Source: Eledone cirrhosa (lineage: Eukaryota). Taken from it: a DNA stretch of 64,000 bases. Below the pieces are notes generated by a model. The model was not told the DNA's origin. It did not search any database and saw only the letters and a program-made list of their open reading frames with translations. The translations under genes were made by a program, and so were the position numbers. Of this stretch, positions 26,010 through 39,500 are shown one piece after another (position 1 is the stretch's first letter; each line of letters opens with the position of its first letter). Location of the stretch: assembly GCA_964016885.1 (NCBI GenBank), contig OZ024742.1:31124001-31188000 (forward strand), in the 5' to 3' direction.

Positions 26010-26355
26010 ACGTAGCATGGTCAAAGTTCGCTTCATAATGATTAGGCAACGGGTTCGATCCAACTGCGTGGCATATTCAGCACGTGAGATCTACAATGGC
26101 CTTTGTTCGATCAATGTCTTGTGAATAAAAGTGGGTAAACGGAAACGTTAGAAGCCCGTCAGATGTACTATATCTGTAATTCAAAGGGCCTTCTTTGTCT
26201 CACTGTCGTGTGCTGAATCTCCCTGAAAATTACGTTAAGGGTATACGTGTCTGTGGAATTCCCAGCGGTTTACACATTAATTTTTATATCAGGATGTTCC
26301 ATTGATTGAACCACTAGAATAATCCTCGTCGAAATCGACGGAGATCTATTCCAGT
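26010..26355 (+). mobile_element. Degenerate or composite tRNA-SINE with group B 3' body
   Basis: B box GGGTTCGATCC near 26051; 26170-26350 matches 7160-7340. Confidence 0.65.
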
Positions 26356-26897
26356 TACAGTCGTATTCCTCTGGTACTTGTAGCTAGTTTTAAAAAAAAT
26401 ATATTACAGAAAACAGCTTTTATTTCTAGAATATAATTTTATAAAAATGATTGAGCATTATTCCTCAATTTATCTTCTGATGAAGGATTAATTTCTGAAA
26501 CATTGAGACTCTTTTCCGACTATATTAAACCTTAAACAAATATATTCCTTTATTGTATTTGCAGATTTAAAACGAGAAAATTAAGAGACGAAACAGTAGA
26601 GAGTAAGTTACCTATGTTGACCCGTGGTAGCTTCTTTTATGCCAAGTCATTGCCACAACTTCCACCTACAAACGACGTTAAAGGAACACAATGATGACGC
26701 AACGATGTAACATTTAAAATGCAATATTTTTTTGTTTAATGTAGAAAACACAGGAAATTCATATAAAAGATGGCGTAGGTGGTCGTGCTTCCGGTGACAA
26801 GATACAAGCCACAAACCATTTTAAACAGATGTTTAGAAAATCTCCCAAAGTCAATTACAAATACATATATATGGGTGTGTGTATGTATGTGTGAGTG

Positions 26898-26946
<49 letters not shown>

Positions 26947-26953
26947 CATACGC

Positions 26954-26996
<43 letters not shown>

Positions 26997-27384
26997 CACA
27001 CATACAAACATACATAAATTAATACATGGATATTTATCTAAATGCGTGTATGTATGTATAAAATTTGAAGGGCTTGGTTTGTGAAAAGAAATGTTAAAAG
27101 ATATTTTTCTATATTTGCCATAAGCCCCACGCAATTAAAATATTACAATACAACACAATACTAATTGGAAGTCGCAAAATATATGTAAATTATTTAATTA
27201 ACGATGAATAATTATTACGTAATTTTTAACAGAAAAACAGAAAAATATAGTGTTTGTAATCTATGAAGGGAAATGGAAGTGTTGTGATGTTCATGCCTTT
27301 CATCAAAGATATTATAGAAACATTGTTGTTTACGAGATCTTCATCAGTTTCGGCGATGAATTTTCCGGTTTTCTGATCAACGGA

Positions 27385-27550
27385 AAAACTTGCTTGCTCG
27401 GAAATTTTACGAACGGGCAAGTGGCTGAGCATTCCACAAACACGTGTACCCATAATGTACATCTATGTGTGATTCAGCGTGACACTGTGTGTGACAAGGC
27501 TTGTTATTTCAATTACAGCAACGTGAAATAGAGTGCTTGTTCAAGGACAC
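27385..27550 (-). mobile_element. SINE group B 3' body running into the satellite
   Basis: AAGTGGCTGAGCATTCCACAAACACGTGTACC...GATTCAGCGTGACAC...AATTACAG matches the reverse complement of 7160-7280 and 53515-53620. Confidence 0.85.
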
Positions 27551-30500
27551 AACGAGAAATAAAGTGTCTTACTCAAGGTCACGACGTGAAATAAAGTGTC
27601 TTGCTCAAGGACACAATGTGAAGTAAAGTGTCTTGCTCAAGAACACAACGTGAAATAAAGTGTTTTACTCAACGACACAACGTGAAGTAAAGTGTCTTAC
27701 TCAACGACACAACGTGAAGTAAAGTGTCTTACTCAACGACACAACGTGAAGTAAAATGTCTTACACAACGACACAACGTGAAATAAAGTGTCTTACTCAA
27801 CGACACAACGTGAAATAAAGTGTCTTACTCAACGACACAACGTGAAGTAAAGTGTCTTGCTCAACGACACAACGTGAAATAAAGTGTTTTACTCAACAAA
27901 ACAACGTGAAATAAAGTGTCTTGCTCAGCGACACAACGTGAAATAAAGCGTCTTACTCAACGACACAACGTGAAATAAAGTGTCTTACTCGAGGAAACAA
28001 CTTGAAATAAAGTGTTTTACTCCAGGAAACAACGTGAAATAAAGTGTCTTACTCGAGGAAACAACTTGAAATAAAGTGTTTTACTCCAGGAAACAACGTG
28101 AAGTAAAGTGTTTTACTCAAGGAAACAACGTGAAATAAAGTGTCTTGCTCAACGACACAACGTGAAGTAAAGTGTCTTACTCAAGGACACAACGTGAAAT
28201 AAAATGTCTTACTCAAGGACACAACGTGAAATAAAGTGTCTTGCTCAACGACACAACGTGAAGTAAAATGTCTTAGTCAAGGACACAACGTGAAATAAAG
28301 TGTCCTACTCAAGGAGACAACGCGAAATAAAGTGTCTTACTCAAGGACACAACGTGAAATAAAGTATCTTACTCAACGACACAACGTGAAATAAAGCGTC
28401 TTACTCAACGACACGACGTGAAATAAAGTGTTTTACTCCAGGAAACAACGTGAAATAAAGTGTTTTACTCAAGGACACATCGTGTAATAAAGTGTCTTAC
28501 TCAAGGAGACAACGTGAAATAAAGTGACTTACTCAAGCACACATCGTGTAATAAAGTGTCTTACTCAAGGACACAACGTGTAATAAAGTGTCTTACTCAA
28601 GGAGACAGCGTGTAATAAAGTGTCTTACTCAAGGAGACAACGTTTAATAAAGTGTCTTACTCAAGTACACAACGTGTAATAAAGTGTCTTACTCAAGGAC
28701 ACACCGTGTAATAAAGTGTCTTACTCAAGGACACAACGTGAAATAAAGTGTCTTACTCAAGGAGACAACGTGAAATAAAGTGACTTACTCAAGGACACAT
28801 CGTGTAATAAAGTGTCTTACTCAAGGACACAACGTGTAATAAAGTCTCTTACTCAAGGACACAACGTGAAGTAAAGTGTCATACTCAAGGAGACAACGCG
28901 AAGTATAGTGTCTTACGCAACGACACAACGTGAAGTAAAGCGTCTTACTCAAGGACACAACGTGAAGTAAAGTGTCTTGCTCAAGGACACAACGTGAAGT
29001 AAAGTGTCTTGCTCAAGGACACAACGTGAAGTAAAGTGTCTTGCTCAAGGACACAACGTGAAATAAAGTATCTTGCTCAAGGACACAACGTGAAATAAAG
29101 TGTCTTACTCAAGGACAATGTGAAATAAAGTATCTTGCTCAAGGAGACAACGCGAAGTAACGTGTCTTGCTCAAGGACACAACGTGAAATAAAGTGCCTT
29201 GCTCAACTACACAACGTGAAATAAAGTGTCTACTCAACGACACAACGTGTAATAAAGTGTCTTGCTCAAGGACACAACGTGAAATAAAGTGTTTTACTCA
29301 AGGACAATGTGAAATAAAGTATCTTGCTCAAGGGGACAACGTGAAATAAAGTGCCTTGCTCAACTACACAACGTGAAATAAAGTGTCTTGCTCAAGGAAA
29401 CAACGTGAAATAAAGTGTTTTACTCAAGGAGACAACGTGAAATAAAGTGTCTACTCAACGACACAACGTGTAATAAAGTGTCTTGCTCAAGGATACAATG
29501 TGAAATAAAGTGTCTTACTCAAGGACAATGTGAAATAAAGTATCTTGCTCAATGAGACAACGCGAAATAAAGTGCCTTGCTCAACTACACAACGTGAAAT
29601 AAAGTGTCTTGCTCAAGGAAACAACGTGAAATAAAGTGTTTTACTCAAGGACACAACGTGTAATAAAGTGTTTTACTCAAGGACACAACGTGAAATAAAG
29701 TGTCTTACTCAAGGACACAACGTGAAGTGAAGTGTCTTACTCAAGGAGACAACGTGAAATAAAGTGTCTTACTCAAGGACACATCGTGTAATAAAGTGTC
29801 TTACTCAAGGACACAACGTGTAATAAAGTCTCTTACTCAAGGACACAACGTGAAATATAGTGTCTTACTCAAGGACACAACGTGAAATATAGTGTCTTGC
29901 TCAAGGAGACAACGTGTAATAAAGTCTCTTACTCAAGGACACAACGTGTAATAAAGTCTCTTACTCAAGGACACAACGTGAAATATAGTGTCTTGCTCAA
30001 GGAGACAACGTGAAGTAAAGTGTCTTACTAAAGGAAACAATGCGAAGTAAAGTGTCTTGCTCCAGGAGACGACGTGAAATAAAGTGTCTTACGCAAGGAC
30101 ACAACGTGAAATAAAGTGTCTTACTCAAGGACACAACGTGAAATAAAGTGTCTTACTCAAGGAGACAACGCGAAGTAAAGTGTCTTACTCAAGGACACAA
30201 CGTGAAGTATAGTGTCTTGCTTAACGACACAACGTGAAATAAAGTGTCTTACTCAAGGACACAACGTGAAATAAAGTGTCTTACTCAAGGAGACAACGCG
30301 AAGTAAAGTGTCTTACTCAAGGACACAACGTGAAGTAAAGTGTCTTGCTTAACGACACAACGTGAAATAAAGTGTCTTACTCAAGGACACAACGAGTAAT
30401 AAAGTGACTTACTCAAGGAGACAACGTGTAATGAAGTGTCTTACTCAAGGACACAACGCGTAATAAAATGTCTTGCTCACGGACACAACGTGAAATAAAG

Positions 30501-33500
30501 TGTATTACTCAACGACACAACGTGAAATAAAGTGTCTTGCTCAACGACACAACGTGAAATAAAGCGTCTTACTCAAGGACACAACGTGAAATAAAGTGCC
30601 TTACTCAAGGACACAACGTGAAGTAAAGTGTCTTGCTCAAGGAGACAACGTGAAGTAAAGTGCCTTGCTCAAGGACGCACCGTGAAATAACGTTTCTTGC
30701 TCAAGGAAACAATGTGAAATAAAGTGTATTGATCAAGGAGACAACGCGAAGTAAAGTGTCTTGCTCAAGGAGACAACGCGAAGTAAAGTGTCTTACTCAA
30801 CGACACAACGCGAAGTAAAGTGTCTTACTCAAGGACACAACGCGAAGTAAAGCGTCTTACTCAAGGAAACAACGTGAAATAAAGTGTCTTGCTCAAGGAC
30901 ACCACGTGAAATAAAGTGTCTTACTCAAGGACACAATGTGAAGTAAAGTGTCTTACTCAACGACACAACGTGAAGTAAAGTGTCTTGCTCAAGGATACAA
31001 CGTGTAATAAAGTGTCTTGCTCAAGGACACAACGTGTAATAAAGTGTCTTACTCAAGGACACAACGTGTAATAAAGTGTCTTACTCAAGTACACAACGTG
31101 TAATAAAGTGTCTTACTCAAGGACACAACGTGAAATAAAGTGTCTTACTCAAGTACACAGCGTGTAATAAAGTGTCTTACTCAAGTACACAACGTGTAAT
31201 AAAGTGTCTTACACAACGACACAACGTGAAATAAAGTGTCTTACTCAAGGACACAACGTGCAATAAAGTGTCTTACTCAAGGAGACAACGTGAAATAAAG
31301 TGTCTTACTCAAGGACACAACGTGTAATAAAGTGTCTTGCTCAAGGACACAACGTGTAATAAAGTGTCTTACTCAAGGACACAACGTGAAATAAAGTGTC
31401 TTACTCAAGGACACAACATGAAATAAAGTGTCTTACTCAAGGAGACAACGTGAAATAAAGTGTCTTACTCAAGTACACAACGTGTAATAAAGTGTCTTAC
31501 TCAAGGACACAACGTGTAATAAAGTGTCTTACTCAAGGACACAACGTGTAATAAAGTGTCTTACTCAAGGACACAACGTGAAATAAAGTGTCTTACTCAA
31601 GTACACAACGTTTAATAAAGTGTCTTACTCAAGTACACAACGTGTAATAAAGTGTCTTACTCAAGGACACACCGTGTAATAAAGTGTCTTACTCAAGGAC
31701 ACAACGTGAAATAAAGTGTCTTACTCAAGGACACAACGTGTAATAAAGTGTCTTACTCAAGTACACAACGTGTAATAAAGTGTCTTACTCAAGGACACAA
31801 CGTGTAATAAAGTGTCTTACTCAAGGATACAACGTGAAGTGAAGTGTCTTACTCAAGGAGACAACGTGAAATAAAGTGTCTTACTCAAGGACACATCGTG
31901 TAATAAAGTGTCTTACTCAAGGACACAACGTGTAATAAAGTCTCTTACTCAAGGACACAACGTGAAATATAGTGTCTTACTCAAGGACACAACGTGAAAT
32001 ATAGTGTCTTGCTCAAGGAGACAACGTGTAATAAAGTCTCTTACTCAAGGACACAACGTGTAATAAAGTCTCTTACTCAAGGACACAACGTGAAATATAG
32101 TGTCTTGCTCAAGGAGACAACGTGAAGTAAAGTGTCTTACTAAAGGAAACAATGCGAAGTAAAGTGTCTTGCTCCAGGAGACGACGTGAAATAAAGTGTC
32201 TTACGCAAGGACACAACGTGAAATAAAGTGTCTTACTCAAGGACACAACGTGAAATAAAGTGTCTTACTCAAGGAGACAACGCGAAGTAAAGTGTCTTAC
32301 TCAAGGACACAACGTGAAGTATAGTGTCTTGCTTAACGACACAACGTGAAATAAAGTGTCTTACTCAAGGACACAACGTGAAATAAAGTGTCTTACTCAA
32401 GGAGACAACGCGAAGTAAAGTGTCTTACTCAAGGACACAACGTGAAGTAAAGTGTCTTGCTTAACGACACAACGTGAAATAAAGTGTCTTACTCAAGGAC
32501 ACAACGAGTAATAAAGTGACTTACTCAAGGATACAACGTGAAGTAAAGTGTCTTACTCAAGAAGACAACGGGAAATAGAAGTGTCTTCTCAAGGACCCAA
32601 CGTGGAGTAAAGTGTCTTACTCAAGGAGACAACGCGAAGTATAGTGTCTTGCTCAAGGACACAACGCGAAGTATAGTGTCCTACTCAACGACACAACGTG
32701 AAATAAAGTGTCTTACTCAAGGACACAACGTGTAATAAAGAGTCTTACTCAATGACACAATGTGAAGTAATGTGTCTTACTCAAGGAGACAACGCGAAGT
32801 ATAGTGTCTTACACAACGACAAAACGTGAAATAAAGTGTCTTTCCACGGACACAACTTGTAATAAAGTGTCTTACTCAAGGAGACAACGTGTAATAAAGT
32901 GTCTTACTCAGGACACAACGTGTAATAAAGTGTGTTACTCAAGGACACAACGCGAAGTAAAGTACTGAAGGAGACAACGCGAAGTATAGTGTCTGGCTCA
33001 ATGACACAACGTGAAGTATAGTGTCATACTCAACGACACAACGTGAAATAAAGTGTCTTGCTCAAGGACACAACGTGAAATAAAGTGCCTTACTCAAGGA
33101 CACAACGTGAAGTAAAGTGTCTTGCTCAAGGAGGCAACGCGAAGTAAAGTGTCTTACTCAAGGACACAAGGTGAAGTAAAGTGTCTTGCTTAACGACACA
33201 ACGTGAAGTAAAGTGTCTTGCTCAAGGACACAACGTGAAATAAAGCGTCTTACGCAAGGAGACAACGTGAAATAAAGTGTCTTAATCAAGGACACAACGT
33301 GTAATAAAGAGTCTTACTCAAGGAGACAACGTCAAATAAAGTGTCTTACTCAAGGACACAACGTGTAATAAAATGTCTTGCTCACGGACACAACGTGAAA
33401 TAAAGTGTATTACTCAACGACACAGCGTGAAATAAAATGTCTTTCTCACGGACACAACATGAAGTAAAGTGTCTTACTCAAGGACACAATGTGAAGTAAA

Positions 33501-36500
33501 GTGTCTTGCTTAACGACACAACGTGAAATAAAGTGTCTTACTCAAGGACACAACGTGTAATAAAGTGTCTTACTCAAGGACACAACGTGAAATAAAGTGC
33601 CTTACTCAAGGAGGCAACGTGAAATAAAGTGCCTTACTCAAGGACACAACGTGAAGTAAAGTGTCTTACTCAAGGACACATCGTGAAATAAAGTGTCTTG
33701 CTCAGCGACACAATGTGAAATAAAGTGCCTTACTCAAGGACACAACGTGAAATAAAGTGCCTTACTCAAGGACACAACGTGAAGTAAAGTGTCTTGCTCA
33801 AGGACACACCGTGAAATAACGTTTTTGCTCAAGGACACAATGTGAAAAAAAGTGTATTGTTCAATGAGACAACGCGATGTAAAGTGTCTTACTCAAGGAG
33901 ACAACGCGAAGTAAAGTGTCTTACTCAACGACACAACGCGAAGTAAAGTGTCTTACTCAAGGACACAACGTGAAGTAAAGTGTCTTGCTCAAGGAGACAA
34001 CGCGAAGTAAAGTGTCCTATTCAAGCACATAACGTGAAGTAATGTGTCTTGCTCAATGACACAACGTGAAGTAAAGTGTCTTGCTCAAGGAAACAACGTG
34101 AAATGAAGTGTCTTGCTCAAGGGCACAATGTGAAGTAAAGTGTCTTGCTTAAGGACACAACGTGAAGTAAAGCGTCTCACACAACGACACAACGTGAAAT
34201 AAAGCGTCTTACTCAAGGACACAACGTGTAATAAAGTGTCTTACTCAAGGAGACAACGTGAAATAAAGTGTCTTACTCAAGGACACAACGTGTAATAAAG
34301 TGTCTTACTCAAGGAGACAACGTGAAATAAAGTGTCTTACTCAAGGACACATCGTGTAATAAAGTCTCTTACTGAAGAACACAACGTGAAGTAAAGTGTC
34401 TTACTCAAGGAGACAACGCCAAGTATAGTGTCTTGCTCAAGGAGACAACGCGAAGTATAGTGCCTTACTCAAGGACACAACGTGAAGTAAAGTGTCTTGC
34501 TCAAGGACACAACGTGAAATAAAGTGTCTTACTGAAGGACACAATGTGAAGAAAAGTGTCTTACTCAAAGAGACAACGCGAAGTATAATGTCTTGCTCAA
34601 GGACTCAACGTGAAGTAAAGTGTCTTACTCAACGACACAACGTGAAATAAAGTGTCTTGCTCAAGGACACAACTGAAATAAAGTGTCTTACTCAAGGACA
34701 CAACGTTAAGTAAAGTGTTTTACTCAACGACACAACGTGAAGTAAAGTGTCTTGCTCCAGGATACAACGTAAAATAAAGAGTCTTACTGAAGGACACAAT
34801 GTGAAGTAAACTGTCTTACACAACGACACAACGTGAAATAAAACGTCTTACTCAAGGACACAACGTGTAATAAAGTGTCTTACTCAAGGACACAACACGT
34901 AATAAAGTGTCTTACTCAAGGACACAACGTGTAATAAAGTGTCTTACTCAAGGACACAACGTCTAATAAAGTGTCTTACTCAAGGGGACATCGTGAAATA
35001 AAGTGTCTTACTCAAGGACACATTGTGTAATAAAGTGTCTTACTCAAGGACACAACGTGAAGTAAAGTGTCTTGCTCAAGGACACAACGTGAATTAAAGT
35101 ACTCAATGACACAACGTGAAGTAAAGTGTCTTACACAACGACACCACGTGAAATAAAGCGTCTTACTCAAGGACACAACGTGTAATAAAGTGTCTTACTC
35201 AAGGAGACAACGTGAATTAAAGTGTCTTACTCAAGGACACAACGTGTAATAAAGTGTCTTACTCAAGGACTCAACGTGTAATAAAGTGTCTTACTCAAGG
35301 ACTCAACGTGTAATAAAGTGTCTTACTCAAGGACACAACGTGTAATATAGCGTCTTACTCAAGGACACAACGTGTAATAAAGTGTCTTACTCAAGGACTC
35401 AACGTGTAATAAAGTGTCTTACTCCAGGACACAACGTGTAATATAGCGTCTTACTCAAGGACACAACGTGTAATAAAGTGTCTTACTCAAGGACTCAACG
35501 TGAAATAAAGTGTCTTACTCAATGACACAACGTGTAATAAAGTGTATTACTCAAGGAGACAACGTGAAATAAAGTGTCTTACTCAAGGACACAATGTGAA
35601 GTAAAGTGTCTTACTCAAGGAGACAATGCGAAGTATAGTGTCTTGCTCAAGGACACAACGCGTAGTAAAGTGTCTTACTCAACGACACAACGTGAAATAA
35701 AGTGTCTTGCTCAAGGACACAACTCGAAATAAAGTGTCTTACTCAACGACACAACGTGAAATAAAGTGTCTTACTCTAGGACACAACGTGAAGTAAAGTG
35801 TCTTGCTCAACGACACAATGTGAAGTAAAGTGTCTTACTCAAGGAGACAACGCGAAGTATAGTGTCTTGCTCAAGGACACAACGTGAAATAAAGTGCCTT
35901 ACTCAAGGACACAACGTGAAGTAAAGTGTCTTGCTCAAGGAGACAACGTGAAGTAAAGTGCCTTGCTCAAGGACACACCGTGAAATAACGTTTTTGCTCA
36001 AGGACACAATGTGAAATAAAGTGTATTGCTCAATGAGACAACGCGAAGTAAAGTGTCTTGCTCAACGACACAACGCGAAGTAAAGTGTCTTACTCAACGA
36101 CACAACGCGAAGTAAAGTGTCTTACTCAAGGACACAACGTTAAGTAAAGTGTCTTGCTCAAGGAGACAACGCGAAGTAAAGTGTCTTACTCAAGGACACA
36201 ACGTGTAATAAAGTGTATTACTCAAGGAGACAACGTGAAATAAAGTGTCTTACTCAAGGACACAATGTGAAGTAAAGTGTCTTACTCAAGGAGACAATGC
36301 GAAGTATAGTGTCTTGCTCAAGGACACAACGCGAAGTAAAGTGTCTTACTCAACGACACAACGTGAAATAAAGTGTCTTGCTTAACGACACAACGTGAAG
36401 TAAAGTGTATTACTCAAGGAGACAACGTGAAATAAAGTGTCTTGCTCAAGGACACAACGGGAAATAAAGTGTCTTACTTAACGAAACAACGTGAAATAAA

Positions 36501-39500
36501 GTGTCTTACTGAAGGACACAACGTGAAGTAAAGTGTCTTGCTCAAGGACACAACGTGTAATAAAGTGTCTTACTCAAGGACACAATGTGAAGTAAAGTGT
36601 CTTACTCAAGGACACAACGTGAAGTAAAGTGTCTTGCTCAAGGACACAACGTGAAATAAAGTGTCTTGCTCAACGACACAATGTGAAGTAAAGTGTCTTA
36701 CTCAAGGAGACAACGCGAAGTATAGTGTCTTGCTCAAGGACACAACGTGAAATAAAGTGTCTTGCTCAAGGACACAACTGAAATAAAGTATCTTACTCAA
36801 GGACACAACGTGAAGTAAAGTGTTTTACTCAACGACACAACGTGAAATAAAGTGTCTTGCTCAAGGACACAACTCGAAATAAAGTGTCTTACTCAACGAC
36901 ACAACGTGAAATAAAGTGTCTTACTCAAGGACACAACGTGAAGTAAAGTGTCTTGCTCAAGGACACAACGTGAAATAAAGTGTCTTGCTCAACGACACAA
37001 TGTGAAGTAAAGTGTCTTACTCAAGGAGACAACGCGAAGTATAGTGTCTTGCTCAAGGACACAACGTGAAATAAAGTGCCTTACTCAAGGACACAACGTG
37101 AAGTAAAGTGTCTTGCTCAAGGAGACAACGTGAAGTAAAGTGCCTTGCTCAAGGACACACCGTGAAATAACGTTTTTGCTCAAGGACACAATGTGAAATA
37201 AAGTGTATTGCTCAATGAGACAACGCGAAGTAAAGTGTCTTACTCAAGGAGACAACGCGAAGTAAAGTGTCTTACTCAACGACACAACGCGAAGTAAAGT
37301 GTCTTACTCAAGGACACAACGTGAAGTAAAGTGTCTTGCTCAAGGAGACAACGCGAAGTAAAGTGTCCTATTCAAGCACATAACGTTAAGTAAAGTGTCT
37401 TGCTCAATGACACAACGTGAAGTAAAGTGTCTTGCTCAAGGAAACAACGTGAAATGAAGTGTCTTGCTCAAGGGCACAATGTGAAGTAAAGTGTCTTGCT
37501 TAAGGACACAACGTGAAGTAAAGCGTCTCACCTAACGACACAACGTGAAATAAAGCGTCTTACTCAAGGACACAACGTGTAATAAAGTGTCTTACTCAAG
37601 GACACAACATGTAATAAAGTGTCTTACTCAAGGACACAACGTGTAATAAAGTGTCTTACTCAAGGAGACAACGTGAAATAAAGTGTCTTACTCAAGGACA
37701 CTACGTGTAATAAAGTGTCTTACTCAAGGAGACAACGTGAAATAAAGTGTCTTACTCAAGGACACATCGTGTAATAAAGTCTCTTACTCAAGAACACAAC
37801 GTGAAGTAAAGTGTCTTACTCAAGGAGACAACGCCAAGTATAGTGTCTTGCTCAAGGAGACAACGCGAAGTATAGTGTCTTACTCAACGACACAACGTGA
37901 AGTAAAGTGTCTTGCTCAAGGACACAACGTGAAATAAAGTGTCTTACTCAAGGACACAATGTGAAGAAAAGTGTCTTACTCAAAGAGACAACGCGAAGTA
38001 TAATGTCTTGCTCAAGGACACAACGTGAAGTAAAGTGTCTTGCTTAACGACACAACGTGAAGTAAAGTGTCTTGCTCCAAGATACAACGTAAAATAAAGA
38101 GTCTTACTCAAGGACACAATGTGAAGTAAACTATCTTGCTTAAGGACACAACGTGAAGTAAAGCGTCTTACACAACGACACAACGTGAAATAAAACGTCA
38201 TACTCAAGGACACAACGTGAAATAAAGTGTCTTACTCATGGACACATTGTGTAATAAAGTGTCTTACTCAAGAACACAACGTGTAATAAAATGTCTTACT
38301 CAAGGACACAACGTGTAATAAAATGTCTTACTCAAGGACACAACGTGTAATAAAATGTCTTACTGAAGGACACAACGTGAAATAAAATGTCTTACTCAAG
38401 GACACAACGTGTAATAAAATGTCTTACTCAAGGACACAACGTGTAATAAAATGTCTTACTCAAGGACACAACGTGTAATAAAATGTCTTACTCAAGGACA
38501 CAACGTGAAATAAAATGTCTTACTCAAGGACACAACGTGTAATAAAATGTCTTCCTCAAGCACACAACGCGAAATAAAATGTCTTACTCAAGGACACAAC
38601 GTGAAATAAAATGTCTTACTCAAGGAGACAACGTGAATTAAAGTGTCTTACTCAAGGACACAACGTGTAATATAGCGTCTTACTCAAGGAGACAACGTGA
38701 AATAAAGTGTCTTACTCAAGCACACAATGTGAAGTAAAGTGTCTTACTCAAGGAGACAATGCGAAGTATAGTGTCTTGCTCAAGGACACAACGCGAAGTA
38801 AAGTGTCTTACTCAACGACACAACGTGAAATAAAGTGTCTTGCTCAAGGACACAACTCGAAATAAAGTGTCTTACTCAACGACACAACGTGAAATAAAGT
38901 GTCTTACTCAAGGACACAACGTGAAGTAAAGTGTCTTGCTCAAGGACACAACGGAAAATAAAGTGTCTTACTCAAGGACACAATGTGAAGTAAAGTGTCT
39001 TACTCAAGGAGACAACGTGAAATAAAGTGTCTTACTCAAGGACACATCGTGTAATAAAGTCTCTTACTGAAGAACACAACGTGAAGTAAAGTGTCTTACT
39101 CAAGGAGACAACGCCAAGTATAGTGTCTTGCTCAAGGAGACAACGCGAAGTATAGTGCCTTACTCAAGGACACAACGTGAAGTAAAGTGTCTTGCTCAAG
39201 GACACAACGTGAAATAAAGTGTCTTACTGAAGGACACAATGTGAAGAAAAGTGTCTTACTCAAAGAGACAACGCGAAGTATAATGTCTTGCTCAAGGACT
39301 CAACGTGAAGTAAAGTGTCTTACTCAACGACACAACGTGAAATAAAGTGTCTTGCTCAAGGACACAACTGAAATAAAGTGTCTTACTCAAGGACACAACG
39401 TGAAGTAAAGTGTTTTACTCAACGACACAACGTGAAGTAAAGTGTCTTGCTCCAGGATACAACGTAAAATAAAGAGTCTTACTCAAGGACACAATGTGAA

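Noticed and set aside
26470-26610. CTGATGA-agga-ttaa-tttct-GAAAC motif and a nearby AG...GTAAGT mini-exon
   Set aside because: No UH cleavage site or closed helix I, so at most a dead relic; the exon has no supporting coding signal.
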